64,000 nucleotides of DNA from Torpedo marmorata (Eukaryota): positions 186,992,001 through 187,056,000 of the forward strand of contig OZ360222.1 in NCBI GenBank assembly GCA_977017645.1, read 5' to 3'. Shown in pieces: positions 60,359 to 64,000 of the stretch (positions within the stretch are counted from its first letter, which is position 1; each line of letters starts with the position of its first letter). Position numbers and translations under genes: made by a program. The notes below the pieces were generated by a model, which made no database searches, was not told where the DNA came from, and saw only the letters and a program-made list of their open reading frames with translations.

Positions 60359-62481
60359 TAGTTTTCACTTTGAAGTCTGTTTCTAATTAAACAAAAAATA
60401 ATGCATGCGCTGGAATATCTTGTTAAAGAGCAAAACTCATTTAGATATTCAAGAGAAGCGTATAATATAAACCTGGCGAGACTATTGGAACTTGTTTGGA
60501 TATAAATATCAAGGCAGTTTTAAGCAGCAATAGTGAATCATTTCAAACTAGTGAAAAGAAAGAAGATTAAATCAGGTTGGAAACTCTTGTTCCGTAACTT
60601 GTGCCTGCAGTAAAGACAGTGACGTTGTATGTTATAATTTCCATTGAGTAACATGGAGAGGTATGCTTCACTCACGACTAAATTCAAATAAAATATCAAG
60701 CTTTAGTAAACGGGTTTAATCCATCACCAGGACGCGCACAATTTGAGAGAGGACGCTGTCCACTCAGGCGCAGTGTGTGGCCACAATGATGTTTGGTCAG
60801 AAACAAGAAAGAGTGGTCATACGCATCAAGTGAATGCTTTCGGATAATATAGCCTTCGACAGAAATGGAGACCTTAAAAGGTGTCCTTACATTTAACCCA
60901 GGCGGAAAATTAACGCGTGGAATGTTAGAGCCAAAAAAGGGCCCTCTCAGCCAATCTCACTCTCTCACCTATAGTCTTAACCTAGGAACGCATTTTTTCT
61001 GGCAAATATGAACTTCGTTTTCTTCAATGAAATTGGATTTTTAAAATGTGTGAAAAAATAGAGCCCCACCGTGACACTTCAAGGTTTCATTCACGGTTTG
61101 AAATCAGGTCTCATTTCATTCCATGAAATGCTACCGACCAGATATAAATGTTCCTCAGACATTCAAAAGATTTAAGGTCGAGATATTATAAAATGATGTT
61201 TTAACCGATGTGAGAATTTAAGAAAATATATCTATAAATTCATGCGCTGCTACATATATGCACACACACATTTTCTCTCCCTTAAATATACTTTCATATT
61301 CAAATATAGATGGGCGCATAGATACATACACAAATATTCCATGTCATATGTATATTTTGCACACATTCTCTCTCACGCGCTTATATTCACACATAAGCAC
61401 GCACACAAACATTCTCACGCGTCCATATTTTTCCACACAGATTCTCCCCCTTGCACATCCATCCATATTCACCAACACGCAGGCGCCTTTACAGATTCAG
61501 TCACGCCGCTGGGCTCTGAGTTAATGTATTTCTGTTCCTAAAGCAGAGACTTTGGAATCATGGTTCCATGAAAGACAAAAATGATGTGAAAACCTCTGTA
61601 GAAGAGCTTCACATAAAACATAACTGGCCGACAGCAACTAATCTTTTTTATGTAGCTACATCTAAGCCACAAACCAGAATAGGAAATATTTAAATTATTC
61701 CTGAATTTACGTCGGGAGATAACTGACCGAACGTTGTATCTAAACAGGAACATTCATTATTCATTTAATATTATGTTGCAGTAATAGGCATTGCAGTCTC
61801 TCACTTTCAATTATTCAACTGCTGGGGTCCTTTTATTGAACCTCTAGTTTCGTGTTCAATGTTTATTATAGAATTATTTCCCCCACGTTAATATAATAGA
61901 TCGCCACAGTCAAACGTGGTGTTAAATCTTTACAACGGAATTCGAATTGCTCGTTTCCGCATAAGTTATATTTTAACCTGCAGAGTGTTTGGTTTTCTTT
62001 CCTCGTTGTTTCTGAGAAAGGTATCATCAGCGCTAAAAGTGTTGCGTTGTTTCATTATTATGCATTTTTTAAACCGTAACTTTGGAAGAGGAACCGGGCC
62101 ACAGGACTCTCGATTCTCAATTTCGAGGGGGAGCTCCTGTTTGTACTATAGTGATCTCGCTCTGGAGGAGGCGAGGATTGAACCGATTATTCGGCACTTT
62201 TAATTGGATATTATTCCGTGGTGGCTGTGATTGTGAATCGCTCCGAATCGGCAGCAGAAGGGGCGGTTGTTAGTAACTACCAAAGGCGGAAGAAATGTCT
62301 GCCAGGGTTTTAGCAGAGGAGTGTGCCTGGCCTCGGGAGAAAAACACGGACATTACTCTCTGTGGCCCCGCCGAATGTGGGAGAGCTGCGCCGACTCCTC
62401 CTGGGTTACGCCAAGTTAAATGATCCTCTGCAATTATTGACGCTGTGGTTTAACCGCCTCGCTCCTTTTCCCCGCTCACAG

Positions 62482-62583
62482 GAGAATGTTCCCGACTTTT
62501 CAAGTGAAGATTTTTGGCATGGATCCCATGGCTGATTATATGCTGCTCATGGATTTTGTGCCGGTCGACGATAAAAGATACCG
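62482..62583 (+). CDS. tbx1: TBX1 T-box exon (102 bp), absent from the ORF track in its correct frame
   Basis: Acceptor CCTTTTCCCCGCTCACAG. Translates (R)[33 protein letters not shown](R), phase-compatible with the previous exon. Donor CG|GCAAGT. Confidence 0.96.
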
Positions 62584-63582
62584 GCAAGTAAAATCAAACT
62601 TTGTCAAATTTTTTTTAGAGAGAAGGAGATAATAAAAGGAAATAAATGCGAAATGTTTTTTAAAAGGCGGTGAAGAGGTTTTAGAAGGACGTTTCCTCAG
62701 GGTAACAACAGATTGAGATAAAAAAAAATAACCACTAATAATACTGCGTTCACGTCACTCCACTACCATACACACTGCCAAAGCATCTCATCTATTCAGC
62801 ACGTTATATGGAACACCCTCTAAACTAGCCCACCCATCCTAATTTATCACCCCTCCCCCACCTCCTAACCCTGTAGTAAGATACGTTTTTAACAGTTAAG
62901 CAGTGAAATTGTTCTCGCTGCGAGCTCGGTTCAAGTGAATCTAAATCAGTGTGCGTCCAGATATCAAGGTTGTGGGGGCAGAGTCCTAAATCTTCGAGAT
63001 TGCCTTGTCTTGACATTGCCAATGAACGTTTGTTTTATCTTCTTTATCCAAGATTATTCATACACAGGAGCAGGGTGATCTCTTTAGATAATAATTCGTT
63101 TCTAAAATGTACCATGAAGGTAGCACTTCCCAAGATCAATTTCCCTCCCCAAGAAGCTAATTTCTTGTTATTTTTTTAAATCAAAAATCGCATTTTGCTT
63201 GGTAAACTAATCCGGCTCAGTTCCTTCAGTTGGTTACTCTTAGGGGGCTAATTCAGTCTAAACAAGCGTAGTAAATGTTGACAGGAGGAAACAGGCGATT
63301 TCTGATTTACATTAGCGTAGATTTATGTGGATTAAAAAACGTGTGTTGAACCCTTTTACTAATGGTCTGTAACTGTAAACAGAATATTCACACAGAATAG
63401 TTGTGAACCAGGCCCAAAATCTGTATGAATTGGTATTGAACGTCATAAAAGTAAATGTTAAAGGAACCAATACAGAACAAAGGTGTTTGTCGGTTTATCC
63501 ACCTAGAATGATGTTTCAACGCAAAATAATCCACAGACCGCTGTTAAAATAATGGTTTCCTTTGCATCCCTTCAACCGTTGA

Positions 63583-63682
63583 CGGTCTCGATGGAGGGTC
63601 CAGACCCGAAACGTTGACCGACCATTTCCATCCATGGATGCTGTCTGACCCGCTGAGTTCCCCCAACAATTCTTTGCTTCCA
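63583..63682 (+). mobile_element. Penelope terminal-repeat fragment in a tbx1 intron
   Basis: GTCTCGATGGAGGGTCCAGACCCGAAACGTTGAC..GATGCTGTCTGACCCGCTGAGTTCC. Confidence 0.7.
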
Positions 63683-64000
63683 CGAAGTACCCGAACAGCG
63701 TCATTAGTCCAAAGCAGCAACTACACTCGGCGACCACGCTTTAAATCTGAAGTAATATTATGATGGGAGTGTGTTCCTTGGTCTTACACAGTTTGGACGT
63801 TAGTTTTCAAAAAATGCACGAACTCGGTACGCTGCGAAGGGAAAGGAGAGACGTTGCAGGAGCCGGGGAGCGTCATGGCTGTTTCTCCTCACCCCGTTCT
63901 CTCACTGGTCCCCATTTCCTCGAAAAGCCCCAGAGTCCAAAAGTGTGCTTGAATCTCCGAGTGTGAAATCAACAAACAGATCATCCCCGGCTCCCTGGAG

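Noticed and set aside
56965-62583. tbx10 or another T-box paralogue
   Set aside because: Both N-terminal peptides and [10 protein letters not shown] match Tbx1.
62584-64000. Next tbx1 exon (YAFHSSSWLVAGK...)
   Set aside because: Not found in the remaining sequence; presumably downstream of the window.

Overview
Eukaryotic (vertebrate) genomic DNA. The repeat content (V-SINE/HE1-type and Deu-type SINEs, CR1, Penelope, Rex1/Babar, fish-type L1) points to a cartilaginous fish; this is an inference. The only host gene I can support is the 5' part of tbx1 on the + strand. It has an upstream coding exon for MHFSTVTRDME (55858-55891), an alternative ATG-containing exon starting [20 protein letters not shown] (56965-57362, with an internal acceptor at 57026), and the 102-bp T-box exon 62482-62583, which ends in a non-canonical GC donor. 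The rest of the gene lies beyond the window. The first ~26.7 kb is CpG-poor and packed with transposons: a solo LTR, a Gmr1-type Gypsy element (SCAN-like gag, PR-INT-RT/RH order) with an L1 inserted in gag, a composite hAT element with an 8-bp TSD, a Harbinger MITE carrying a long hairpin, and a second L1 with a 15-bp TSD. From ~26.7 kb to the end the DNA keeps its CpGs, which suggests a large hypomethylated domain around tbx1. Penelope-like elements in that domain carry minimal hammerhead-ribozyme motifs. Nothing prokaryotic (CRISPR, operons) is present. Repeat family names come from motif recognition, not database searches, and fragment boundaries without a TSD are approximate.
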